Shown here in pieces: positions 19,535-29,148 of a stretch of 64,000 nucleotides of DNA. The translations under genes were made by a program, and so were the position numbers. The notes beneath the pieces are model-generated. The model was not told the DNA's origin and did no database searches. It saw nothing but the letters and a program-made list of their open reading frames with translations. Numbering within the stretch: the stretch's first letter is position 1; every line of letters starts with the position of its first letter. Source of the DNA: Nitrososphaerota archaeon. Lineage in GTDB: Archaea > Thermoproteota > Nitrososphaeria_A > Caldarchaeales > Calditenuaceae. The stretch lies in assembly GCA_033581555.1 (NCBI GenBank), contig JAVQSZ010000004.1:64001-128000 (forward strand), read 5' to 3'.

Positions 19535-21133
19535 TCACGCCGGCTCAGCGTTCACTATGACGAACTTCTCGTTCGGCAGGTAGGACACCCCTTTGATCTT
19601 CGCTGAGTAAGCAATGGGGAAGGTCTGCGACCAGAGGAATATGAGCGGAGCGTCGTCCCAGACGATCTTAGCTATCTCGCAGAGGACCTTCGCCCTCTCA
19701 GCGGGTTCGGTGATCCCCCTTTGCCGCTCGAACAGCTCATCGACCCGCGGGTTCTTGTAATACGAGGTGGCTAAGCCAGCCGGCGGCCAGTACTTCGACC
19801 AGAATATCAGGAACATGTAGTCACCGTCAAGGTATGGCGGCGCCCACCCGAGGAAGTGGAGGTGATGGGTGACCTTGTCCGGGGGCCTGTTGATCGTCGC
19901 GATGTACGTCGGCCAGTCCATGGTCCGCATCTCGACATCGAAGCCGACCTCCCTCAGGTATCCGGCTATCGCCTGAGACGCAACCGCGTCGTTGATGTAC
20001 CTGCCGGTCGGATAGAGGAAGAGGATCTTCGTGCCCGGCATAACTCCCGCTTGTCTGAGCAGTTCCCGCGCCTTAGCGGGGTCATAGGGGTATTGTCCTA
20101 CGGGACAGTAACCGAAGAGGCTCTTGTGCATCGGGGCATCGACAGGGTCGACGACACCGAACATCACGTTCTTGATGATTGCCTCCTTATCGATCGCGTA
20201 GTTCAGGGCCTGACGCACCCGCTTGTCGTTGAAGGGTTCTACCTGGTTGTTGATCGACACGAACATCAGTCGGTCGCTTGGTGCGAGCAGCACTCTGAAG
20301 TTCGGGTTGGCCTTCAATCTCTCTATCTCCGCAACAGGTGGGAGCATTATCACGTCTACTTCCCCTGCCAACAGCAGAGAAAGTCTAGTTGCTGCGTCAG
20401 GGACTATTCTGAAGACGATTTGGTCGTAATAGGGCTTCTTCCCCCAGTAATCGGGAGCCCTCTTGAGGACCAGCCTGTCACCTCGCACGTACTCGCTTAT
20501 GACGTAGGGTCCCGTTCCTATCGGTCTGGTGACGTGCGTGTAGTTGTTCCCTGCCGTCTCGACAGTCTTGGGCGAGATGATCGCTGACGTCGTGAAGGTT
20601 AAGGCGTTTATCAGCGGTGCGAAGGGGTGTTTCAGGACGAGCCTGACGGTGTAATCGTCGACGACCTCAACGCGCTCGATGGCTATGTAGGGGGCCCTAA
20701 CCGGTACCCTGACCTTTGGGTCGAGGACCCTGTCCAGAGAGAACTTGACCGCTTGAGCGTTGAGGGGTGTGCCGTCGTGGAACTTGACGCCGGTCCTCAG
20801 CTTGATGATCACAGTCTTGCCGCCGTCCTCGTACCTGTACTCGGTCGCGAGGTTCGGCAAGACTTCTCCCTTCTCGTTTATCGTGAAGAGCGTCTCCACG
20901 ACGTGGTCGAGCATGTTGGCGACGGTCGTCGTGGTCTGGCCAGCTGGGTCGAACGTGTCGAGGTCGATGCTCACGGCCATCCTCAGGACCTTGGGAGCCG
21001 GGGGCTGCGCTGGCTGGAGGAGGAAGAACCCGGCGACCAGAGCGGCTACAACGACTACCGCGCCCAGAATCAAGAGGTATCGACTCATTCCCATCTGACC
21101 TCTCCTCGGACTCACGGGTCCCCCCTTATTCAA
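19535..21133 (-). CDS. Family 5 peptide/glutathione-binding protein (DppA/GsiB-like)
   Basis: N-terminal TM anchor, KFHDGTPLNA, PIGTGPY, RVRQALNYAID. Confidence 0.9.
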   Translation of the reverse strand: MNKGGPVSPRRGQMGMSRYLLILGAVVVVAALVAGFFLLQPAQPPAPKVLRMAVSIDLDTFDPAGQTTTTVANMLDHVVETLFTINEKGEVLPNLATEYRYEDGGKTVIIKLRTGVKFHDGTPLNAQAVKFSLDRVLDPKVRVPVRAPYIAIERVEVVDDYTVRLVLKHPFAPLINALTFTTSAIISPKTVETAGNNYTHVTRPIGTGPYVISEYVRGDRLVLKRAPDYWGKKPYYDQIVFRIVPDAATRLSLLLAGEVDVIMLPPVAEIERLKANPNFRVLLAPSDRLMFVSINNQVEPFNDKRVRQALNYAIDKEAIIKNVMFGVVDPVDAPMHKSLFGYCPVGQYPYDPAKARELLRQAGVMPGTKILFLYPTGRYINDAVASQAIAGYLREVGFDVEMRTMDWPTYIATINRPPDKVTHHLHFLGWAPPYLDGDYMFLIFWSKYWPPAGLATSYYKNPRVDELFERQRGITEPAERAKVLCEIAKIVWDDAPLIFLWSQTFPIAYSAKIKGVSYLPNEKFVIVNAEPA

Positions 21134-21226
21134 TAATCATAAAAGGTTTTTGGTTTTTGGGGGAAACCATTTATGAGTCGCCAAAATTGAAAATGTCGAT
21201 ATTCTGCTTCGGTAGAAGTTTGAGCG

Positions 21227-22279
21227 ATGAACCCACCCGTGATCGACCTGCACGAGGACATCTCGCTCTATTACATGCTCGCGGGGCACGGCCTGAGGTT
21301 CGGTCCCGCGGACTTCGACGCCGACTTGCCGGGAAGGCACGGCGACATTCCGAAGTACAGGAGGGCGAACGTGCGGCTCGTCTTCGCGGCGATCGCGTTC
21401 GTGGTGCCGACGGTCAGCGGGTACAGGTCTGCGCAGCTGACGGACGGCTATGGGATGAGGTTCGGGACCTACAGGGTCAGGGCTCCCCTCTCCGTCGCGC
21501 TTGAGCACGTCAGGGTCTACTACAGCCTCCTCTCGAGGCACGGCCGCGACCTGGGACTCGTCAGGCGGCCGGAGGACGCGAAGGAGGTCGAAAGGGGCGA
21601 CGGGAGGACTTGGTTCCTGATGGCCCTCGAGGGCGCCGAGCCGCTGGAGGACGTCGAGGACCTCGACCTCTTCTACGCGTTGGGGCTTAGGTCCCTCCAG
21701 CTGACCTGGAACTTCGACAACAAGTACGCGGCGTCGTGCATGTCGAAGAGAGATTACGGCCTGACGGGCGACGGTGCCGAGCTGGTAAGGAGGTGCAACG
21801 AGTTGGGGGTCATCTTGGACCTCGCTCACGCGAGCAGGAGAACTGCGTTGGAGGTCCTCGAGACATCGGAGTTCCCGGCCGTGATAAGCCACGCGAACGC
21901 CTCTGCTGTTCACCAGCACAGGAGGAACGTAGACGACGAGGTCCTCGAGAAGCTGAGGAGCAACGGAGGAGTCATCGGGGTCACCCTAATAGGACCCACG
22001 ATTGGGGCGGAAGCGGACTTCAGGAGGCTCGCGGACCACGTGATGCACGTACGCAGGAGGATCGGGATCGACCACGTCGCGCTCGGCACGGACTACTTCG
22101 GGCTGCTGAACATGCGGGAGCCGGATGGCCTCGAGGACGTTACCAAGCTCGAGAACCTCTGGAGAGAGCTGCGATCGAGGGGCCTGAGCGAGGAGGAGGT
22201 CGAGAAGGTCGCCTTCCGGAACGCCCTCAGGGTGATCAAAGCCAACGCGGAGAGGTGGGCCGACCTCTTCGGGCGCTGA
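21227..22279 (+). CDS. Membrane dipeptidase family M19
   Basis: DLHED, LEGAE, LTWN, DLAH, SHAN, RNVDD, LGTDY. Confidence 0.9.
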   Translation: MNPPVIDLHEDISLYYMLAGHGLRFGPADFDADLPGRHGDIPKYRRANVRLVFAAIAFVVPTVSGYRSAQLTDGYGMRFGTYRVRAPLSVALEHVRVYYSLLSRHGRDLGLVRRPEDAKEVERGDGRTWFLMALEGAEPLEDVEDLDLFYALGLRSLQLTWNFDNKYAASCMSKRDYGLTGDGAELVRRCNELGVILDLAHASRRTALEVLETSEFPAVISHANASAVHQHRRNVDDEVLEKLRSNGGVIGVTLIGPTIGAEADFRRLADHVMHVRRRIGIDHVALGTDYFGLLNMREPDGLEDVTKLENLWRELRSRGLSEEEVEKVAFRNALRVIKANAERWADLFGR

Positions 22280-22335
22280 TCTGAGGGCCGCCCCGCGTCG
22301 TCATCGGGTCCAACGGCATCTGGCTCGCGAGGGGC

Positions 22336-24111
22336 TCACTTCACCGTGACGCTCTTCGCGAGGTTCCTCGGTCTGTCGATCTCTGCGCCCCTCTCCAGTG
22401 CCAGGTAATAGGCCAGAAGCTGGAGCGGGAGGGCTTCGAGGAGGACGGCCGCGAACTTGGACTCCGTGCGGGGGAGCCTGAGGAAGTAGTCGTAGGACCT
22501 GTGGTGAACGTCGGAGATCCCGATCACCTTCGCTCCTCTTGCCCTCACCTCCATGCAGTTGGCGAGGGTGTCGTGGTAGGTCTCGTCCATGGGATTAAGA
22601 ACGACGACCGGTGTGCCCTTCTCGATCAGGGCGAGGGTTCCGTGCTTCAGCTCTCCGGCAGCGAGGCCCTCCGCGTGGACGTAGGCGAGCTCCTTCACCT
22701 TCAGGGCTCCCTCGAGTGCCAAGGGGTAGTGGATCCCCCTCCCGATCACGTAGAGGTCCTTCGCGTCCCTCAGCTCCTTAGCGATCTCCGAGATCGACTG
22801 CTCCAGTTCCAATACCTCCTCGACTGCCTCCGAGACCCTCCCCGGGTCGAAGGGCATCGGTGATCCGGAGAGCCTCAGCGCGATCCTCAGCATGGTCGCG
22901 ACCTGAGACGTGAAGCTCTTCGTCGCAGCGACTCCGACCTCTGGGCCGGCCAAGATGTTGAGGTGGAGGTCCGAGAGCCTCTCGAGGCTCGAGCCGGGCA
23001 TGTTGACGATCCCGATGATCTTAGCGCCCCTCGACTTCGCGTCCCTGACTGCCTCAAGGACGTCCGCGGTCTCGCCGCTCTGGCTCACCGCCACCACAGC
23101 GCAGTCCCCGTTGACCCACCTCGCGTGGGGGGAGTACTCGCTCGCCAGCACCGGGTGGACCTCGATCCCCGAGATCTCGGCGAAGATGTACTTCGCGACG
23201 AGGCAAGCGTGGTAACTTGTCCCCGCCGCTACCAACAGGACCCTCCTGGCGGACCTGATCGCCTCTGCGACCTCGTCGATCGGCCCCAGGTCGGCGGTCA
23301 GGGTCCTCAGGAGGGTGGTCCGCTGGTCGTGGATCTCCTTCAGCGTGTGGTGGACGTAGCCCCGCTTCTCGATGTCGGCGACCTCGATCGCTACCTTGAC
23401 GGGCTTCAGCTCGAGGGGTTCTCCGGAGATCAGCCAGGCCTCGACCCTTCCGGGCTCGATGACCGCGCAGGACTCGTTCTCGAGGAAGACCGCGTCGTCT
23501 GTGAACTCAAGGAAGCTGAGCACGTCGCTGGACGGGATGCAGGCGTCCCTCCTGTAACCGACGACCAGCGGAGGGCCGACGCGGGCCGCGAGGATCTTGT
23601 CACCCAACTGGGCGGCTATCGCGATGAACGCGAAGCTGCCCCGAAGTGACCTTACGACCCTCGTGAGGCTCTCCTTCGGGTCCGCGCCAGGCTTGCCCAG
23701 CTCCTCCTCGAGCAGGTGTGCGATCACCTCGGTGTCGGTCTCGCTGGCGAAGACGTGGCCCCTGGACTCGAGCTCGGACCTGAGGGCTTCGTGGTTCTCG
23801 ACGATCCCGTTGTGGACCACGGCGACTCGGCCGTCGCAAGAGAGGTGAGGGTGAGCGTTCCTATCGGAGACGCCACCGTGGGTCGCCCACCTCGTGTGCC
23901 CTACGCCGACGCTAGACCTGGGCGCCCCGATCTCCCCGATGGCTCCGATCAGCCCGTCGACACTCCCGGCCCTCTTCGCGACCCATATCCGGTCTCCCTG
24001 TAGGAGGGCCACCCCTGCCGAGTCGTACCCCCTGTACTCGAGCCTCTTGAGGCCCCTCAGGATCACCTCAAGGGCTTCACCCCTCCCGGTGAACCCGATG
24101 ATCCCGCACAA
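22336..24111 (-). CDS. glmS: Glutamine-fructose-6-phosphate aminotransferase
   Basis: MCGIIG, LEYRGYDSAG, HTRWATHG, PRNLAKSVTV. Confidence 0.97.
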   Translation of the reverse strand: MCGIIGFTGRGEALEVILRGLKRLEYRGYDSAGVALLQGDRIWVAKRAGSVDGLIGAIGEIGAPRSSVGVGHTRWATHGGVSDRNAHPHLSCDGRVAVVHNGIVENHEALRSELESRGHVFASETDTEVIAHLLEEELGKPGADPKESLTRVVRSLRGSFAFIAIAAQLGDKILAARVGPPLVVGYRRDACIPSSDVLSFLEFTDDAVFLENESCAVIEPGRVEAWLISGEPLELKPVKVAIEVADIEKRGYVHHTLKEIHDQRTTLLRTLTADLGPIDEVAEAIRSARRVLLVAAGTSYHACLVAKYIFAEISGIEVHPVLASEYSPHARWVNGDCAVVAVSQSGETADVLEAVRDAKSRGAKIIGIVNMPGSSLERLSDLHLNILAGPEVGVAATKSFTSQVATMLRIALRLSGSPMPFDPGRVSEAVEEVLELEQSISEIAKELRDAKDLYVIGRGIHYPLALEGALKVKELAYVHAEGLAAGELKHGTLALIEKGTPVVVLNPMDETYHDTLANCMEVRARGAKVIGISDVHHRSYDYFLRLPRTESKFAAVLLEALPLQLLAYYLALERGAEIDRPRNLAKSVTVK

Positions 24112-24262
24112 GCCTCGACTACCTGACCTCGTCTCGTCCCGTCCTCGATTTAAGCTGTGAGAACCTCTAACCCGCTCGAATCGAGGTTCTATCGTTAGAA
24201 CGGTGCGTGAACCCGAGGCCGGCGCGGCTCACCTATATCACGGGCTCCGGGCGAGGATCGCC

Positions 24263-25183
24263 GTGGGAAGGGTCCTAGTGGCCTGCAGGCTCGACGGGGC
24301 CGGAGTCGAGATGATGAGGGATGCCGGACTCGAGGTCGTCTACAGGGAGGACATCACGCAAGAGGAGTTCGACAAGGTCTACTCCGACTACGACGCGGTG
24401 ATCGTGAGGAGCAACGTCATGGTCAGGCCGGTCAAGGGGAGGGGGAACCTCAAGGTGGTCGTGAGGGCAGGGGTCGGGCTCGACAACGTCGACGTCGCAG
24501 GGTTCTCGGGGCTGGGGGTCAAGGTGCTCAACACCCCCGAGGCCGTCACGAGGGCGGTTGCCGAGCTGACGATTGGGCTGATGCTCTGCCTCGCGAGGGA
24601 CATCGTGAGGCTCGCCTCGGACCTGAAGGAGGGGAAGTGGTCGAAGGCGCGGGCTCACGGGATCGAGCTCTCCGGGAAGACGGTCGGGGTCGTCGGGTGC
24701 GGGAGGATAGGAAGAGAGGTCGCGAGGATCGCGAGGGCCTTCGGGATGAGGATCCTGGTGAACGACGTCATTGAGGTCCCGAGGTCCTTCCTCGAGGAGG
24801 TGGGGGCCAGGCAGGTCGACCTCGAGACGCTCCTGAGGGAGTCGGACTTCGTGACCGTCCACGTCCCCCTCGACCCGAGCACGAAGGGGCTCATCGGCGA
24901 GAAGGAGCTGAGGTCGATGAAGCGGACCGCCTTCCTGATCAACACCTCGAGGGGCGGGGTGGTCGACGAGGGTGCGCTGAAGAGGGCCCTCAACGAGGGG
25001 TGGATCGCGGGTGCAGCGCTCGACGTCTTCTCGAAGGAGCCTCCGGAGGACCTCGAGCTCCTCCGGCACCCGAGGCTGATCCCTACCCCGCACGTCGGCG
25101 CGCAGACATCGGAGGCCCAGAGGGCCGCCGGGATCGAGGCCGCGAAGCTAGTGATCTCGGAGCTCGGTACGCGGCGAATGTAG
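24263..25183 (+). CDS. D-isomer 2-hydroxyacid dehydrogenase (short SerA-like)
   Basis: RAGVGLDNVD, GCGRIG, INTSRG, LDVF..EP, TPHVGAQT. Start reassigned to GTG 24263. Confidence 0.85.
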   Translation: MGRVLVACRLDGAGVEMMRDAGLEVVYREDITQEEFDKVYSDYDAVIVRSNVMVRPVKGRGNLKVVVRAGVGLDNVDVAGFSGLGVKVLNTPEAVTRAVAELTIGLMLCLARDIVRLASDLKEGKWSKARAHGIELSGKTVGVVGCGRIGREVARIARAFGMRILVNDVIEVPRSFLEEVGARQVDLETLLRESDFVTVHVPLDPSTKGLIGEKELRSMKRTAFLINTSRGGVVDEGALKRALNEGWIAGAALDVFSKEPPEDLELLRHPRLIPTPHVGAQTSEAQRAAGIEAAKLVISELGTRRM

Positions 25184-25232
25184 CGGATACGCGGGCGAAA
25201 GGACAATTATAGGGCGGGACCGACTCCGTGAC

Positions 25233-26651
25233 GTGAGGCGAGGGAGAGAGCTGGCTCTGGTCGGGCTATTGGTGGTCGCGTTGGCGCTGAGCCTCGACTC
25301 CGTTCAGGCCTCGAACTTCATCAGCTCGGTCCACGACGACAGGTTAACCGTAACGCTCACTTACCCTGCGGAGGTCAAGAGGGGCTCCTGCTTCCAGGTC
25401 AGGGTCGAAGCATTCGCCCACGAGCCGCTCTCCAAGCTGAACCTTACTGTCAGGCTCGAGCTGCGCTCTGGTGCGACGGTCATCGTCCTCCTTTCGGCGC
25501 CGGTAGTTACGCTCTGGTCGGGCTCTCCAGGTCCGGTGATGAACACCCACGTAGGGGCCTGCGTGACCACCTCGCACCCAATCGGTGTTATAGTGGCGAG
25601 GCTCTACTTCGAGTACCTTCACTCCGGGACCGAGTTCAACCTGACGAACCTCTTCCAGATGTCGTTCGTGAGGGACCAGACCTATGAGGAGTTAGCGGCC
25701 CTCCTGAGTTCGGCGGCCTCCGAGGTGAACAGCCTCCGCAACGCTCTGAACGAGGCGATGAGGACGATCGGGTCGCTCACGGAGGAGGTAAGGAGGCTCA
25801 GGTCGGAGCTGGAGAGGAGCAGGACCGAAGTCGCTGCGCTCCTGAGGGAGAAGTCAGAGCTCGAGAGCAGGCTCCAATCCCTGAACGCCCTCTACGAGAG
25901 GCTGAGGAGGGACTACGAGTCCCTCCAGTCGAGCCACGAGAGGCTCCTAAGGGAGCATGCGGCGCTCCAGAGCGCGGAGGCTTCCCTGAGGAGGTCCTAC
26001 GAGGAGCTCGTGAAAGCCCACCGCGACCTTCAGAGGGACTTCGCGTCCCTTCAGGAGGCCTACGCGAGGCTCCGGGAGGAGCACTCTACACTGAGGGCGC
26101 TCCATGAGGACCTAAGGGCCAGACACGAGAGGCTGAGCGCGGCCTACGAGGAGTCGGTGAGGACCGCGGGCTCTTTGAGCGGGGCCCTCGAGGAGAAGGC
26201 GAGGCAGGTCGAGGTCTTGACGGCAATGCTCGACGGAGCCCTCAGGGAGAGGGCGATCTTCAGCAACATCGTGATAGGGCAAGCGCTGGGGCTCGGAGGA
26301 CTTGGAGCCCTGTACCTGCTCGAACGCAGGAGGAGGGCCGGTAAGGGCGCTACGGGACAGACCTCGACGGCTAGCAACGGCGCCTCAGGTCCCCCGTCCC
26401 CCGAGAACGGTAACGGCGACAGCGAGTCCCTCGTCCAAAGAGTGATATCGGGCAGGAGGATAACGATACCGAAGTCGATCGCGGAGAGGCTAGGGATCAA
26501 GGTCGGAGACCTCGTCGAGCTCTCGCTCGCTAACGGACACGTTTCCATCAAGCCGATCTCCCAAGCTACGCAGACTAAGCAGCAGCCCGAGACATCAGAG
26601 CAGCAACGGCAGTCGTCAGATCGTCAACCCGAGGGCACCAAGAGCAAGTAA
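25233..26651 (+). CDS. Signal peptide, beta-sandwich, long coiled coil, TM and C-terminal AbrB/SpoVT-like domain protein
   Basis: Heptads over roughly aa150-340, TM IVIGQALGLGGLGALYLL followed by ERRRR, C-terminal GRRITIPKSIAERLGIKVGDLVEL. Confidence 0.75.
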   Translation: MRRGRELALVGLLVVALALSLDSVQASNFISSVHDDRLTVTLTYPAEVKRGSCFQVRVEAFAHEPLSKLNLTVRLELRSGATVIVLLSAPVVTLWSGSPGPVMNTHVGACVTTSHPIGVIVARLYFEYLHSGTEFNLTNLFQMSFVRDQTYEELAALLSSAASEVNSLRNALNEAMRTIGSLTEEVRRLRSELERSRTEVAALLREKSELESRLQSLNALYERLRRDYESLQSSHERLLREHAALQSAEASLRRSYEELVKAHRDLQRDFASLQEAYARLREEHSTLRALHEDLRARHERLSAAYEESVRTAGSLSGALEEKARQVEVLTAMLDGALRERAIFSNIVIGQALGLGGLGALYLLERRRRAGKGATGQTSTASNGASGPPSPENGNGDSESLVQRVISGRRITIPKSIAERLGIKVGDLVELSLANGHVSIKPISQATQTKQQPETSEQQRQSSDRQPEGTKSK

Positions 26652-26731
26652 GCGGTGAGGCCTCTGGGCCCGATCGGAGACTGGAGGGGAGGCAGTCGGT
26701 TTGTGGTTAGGGTTAATGCTTGAGGCCCGGG

Positions 26732-27676
26732 TCAGGCCTTCGTCTCGACGAGCAGCCGGTCGACCTCCTCCTGGGCCTGCCTGACCTTCTCGACGCTCCT
26801 CTCGAGCTCCGCCCTCTCGTCTGGGTCGAGGTCGATCTCAATTACCTTCTTGACCCCCTCGCTCCCCAGGACCGCGGGCACGACCGAGCAGACCCCGCTG
26901 AACCCGTACTCCCCCTGGAGGTAGTAGGAGACTGGGACGACGAGGTCCCTGTCCCTGACGATCGCCTCGACCATCACCGCAGCTCCCGCACCCGGCGCGT
27001 GGCTCGCGGACCAGCCCTTCAGCGAGATGACCTTCGCCCCCATCCCCCTCGTCTCCCTCACGATCTCCTCGACCTTCTCCCTGCTCAGGAGGTCGGTCAA
27101 CCTCCTCCCGCCGATCGAGGTCTTCTTCGGCAGGAGGACCATCGAGTCGCCGTGCTCGCCGAGGATCGGCGCCTCGATCGAGTTCCAGGAGACACCGAGG
27201 GCCTTCGCGATCAGGGTCTTGTACCTCCCGACGTCGAGGAGGCCGCTGAACCCCATCACCCTGTTCCTCTCAAAGCCCGTGTGCCTAAGGGCGACGTAGG
27301 TCATGACGTCGAGCGGGTTCGTGACCACGATCACCTTGGACTTCGGCGCGTGCTCCCTGATCTTGAGCGATACGTCCCTGATTATCCCTGAGTTCTTCGT
27401 GAGGAGGTCCATCCTGGTCATGTCGGCCCTCCTGATGAAGCCGGCCGTCACCACCACGACCTCCGAGCCCTCTATGTCCCTATAGTCGTTGGTCCCAGTG
27501 TACTCGACGTCGAGCCCGAGGATCGCAGCCATGTGGTTCAGGTCGAGCGCCTCTCCCTGGGGAAGGCCCTGGACTATGTCTACCAGCACGACGTCCCCGA
27601 GGGACTTGAGACCGATGTGGAGCGCGGCCGAGGTCCCCACCCTACCACTACCGATCACGGAGATCTTGGGCCTCAA
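26732..27676 (-). CDS. mdh: Malate dehydrogenase (LDH-like)
   Basis: GSGRVG, TAGFIRRADMTRMDL, TNPLD, GEHGD. Confidence 0.9.
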   Translation of the reverse strand: MRPKISVIGSGRVGTSAALHIGLKSLGDVVLVDIVQGLPQGEALDLNHMAAILGLDVEYTGTNDYRDIEGSEVVVVTAGFIRRADMTRMDLLTKNSGIIRDVSLKIREHAPKSKVIVVTNPLDVMTYVALRHTGFERNRVMGFSGLLDVGRYKTLIAKALGVSWNSIEAPILGEHGDSMVLLPKKTSIGGRRLTDLLSREKVEEIVRETRGMGAKVISLKGWSASHAPGAGAAVMVEAIVRDRDLVVPVSYYLQGEYGFSGVCSVVPAVLGSEGVKKVIEIDLDPDERAELERSVEKVRQAQEEVDRLLVETKA

Positions 27677-27722
27677 TTGGCCTCGATACGTCCGGTGGTG
27701 TGCCGCTAGAAATAGGTGAGCG

Positions 27723-29057
27723 TCAGGCGGTCGGCCTCGTGAACCGCACGTCCCTAACCAGGAGGTAGGGGGCCCTTACCGGCGTCTCGACCTCCCACCA
27801 CTTTATCGGGAACTTCTCCGAGGAGACCTCCTCGACGTTCCTGAGGAGACGGAGGAAGTTGTCGGAGAGCCTGAGTCCCTTCACCGCGTGCTCGATCGTC
27901 CCTCCCCTGACCAGGAAGAGGCCGTCCCTGGTGATGGTCGAGAAGTCGCCCCTGCTGATGTCCTGGTAGCGGAGGTACCAGTCGTTGGTCACGAAGATCC
28001 CCCTGTCGAGCTTCGAGAGGAGCTTGCTGAAGGGCGAAGTCCCTCCCTCGACGACCAGGTTGAACGGCTGGGGAACGATCAGCCCCGCGTTCCCCGTCGA
28101 GGAGGTCTCGAACTTCCTCGCGGTCGCGCTGTTGTGGAGGTAGCTCCTGAGGACGCCGGCGTCGACGATGACGGTCCTCCTCGTAGGGAGGCCCTCCTCG
28201 TCAAAGGGCTCGGCGCCGTAGGCGCTGGGGACCGTCGGGTCGTCGACCAGTGTGAGCGCCCTCGACGAGACCTCCTTCCCGAGGAGCCCCGCGAGGAAAG
28301 ACATCCCGCTATCGACGTAGAATGCGGAGGCGACCGACCCGACCTCTTCGAGGAGATTCGCGGAAGTCATCGGGCCTATCACCGCGTCGTAGTTCCCCTC
28401 CGGCACATCCTTCGGGTCCTTCGCGGCCTTCGCGACCTCTCCCGCCTCCCTCCCCACCTGCTCAGGGTCGAACTCGGAGAGGTTCCCGGTCCCTACGGCG
28501 AACTGGCCGCTCGACTCGCCGTCCAGGAACGCCCTGACAGAGAGCTCGATCGTGTCCTTGTGGGCCTCGGCCTCGACGCCCCCTGTCGTGACGAGGCTCC
28601 TGTGGGTCCTGGTGAGGACGAGGGAGCCCGCGACCCTGCTCGCACCGGCGCTCAGCGCCGCGTTAACCGCTGCCTCAACCGAGTCGACCAGCTTCTCCCT
28701 CCCGATCCCCTTCAGTCTCATGTCGAGCAGCCTCGGGTCGTAAGTGAAGGGGCCCGAGGGCAGGGGCGCGTAGAGGTCTGAGGGCGGCGTGCTCCTCGCG
28801 AGCCTCAGCGCGTCCCTCACGAGCGACTTCAGACCGGAGGCAGTCACGTCGGTCGTCCCGGTCACAGCCCTCTGGGGCCCGAAGGACACGTAGAGCGAGA
28901 CGCTCTCCTCCTCGAACCTCTTCGAGACCGTTACCTCGTTGTTCGCGAACCTGATCATGTAGGTCGTCGTGGTGAAGGACTCCACCGCGCAGTCGGTCGC
29001 GCCCTCCGCCTTCACGGCCTTGATCAAGGCCTTCGCCCTCCTCGAGCTCAGGACCAA
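27723..29057 (-). CDS. TldD/PmbA family protein (PmbA/TldE type)
   Basis: IRFANN, PFDEEG, STGNA; no HExxxH motif seen. Confidence 0.85.
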   Translation of the reverse strand: MVLSSRRAKALIKAVKAEGATDCAVESFTTTTYMIRFANNEVTVSKRFEEESVSLYVSFGPQRAVTGTTDVTASGLKSLVRDALRLARSTPPSDLYAPLPSGPFTYDPRLLDMRLKGIGREKLVDSVEAAVNAALSAGASRVAGSLVLTRTHRSLVTTGGVEAEAHKDTIELSVRAFLDGESSGQFAVGTGNLSEFDPEQVGREAGEVAKAAKDPKDVPEGNYDAVIGPMTSANLLEEVGSVASAFYVDSGMSFLAGLLGKEVSSRALTLVDDPTVPSAYGAEPFDEEGLPTRRTVIVDAGVLRSYLHNSATARKFETSSTGNAGLIVPQPFNLVVEGGTSPFSKLLSKLDRGIFVTNDWYLRYQDISRGDFSTITRDGLFLVRGGTIEHAVKGLRLSDNFLRLLRNVEEVSSEKFPIKWWEVETPVRAPYLLVRDVRFTRPTA

Positions 29058-29148
29058 GCCCCCTCGAGGGTCCTCGCGGCCAGGAGGTAAAAAGCCGATC
29101 GGGAGGCTACAGGTTCATAGGAGCGGGAGGCCGGGTTAGGGCAGGAGG

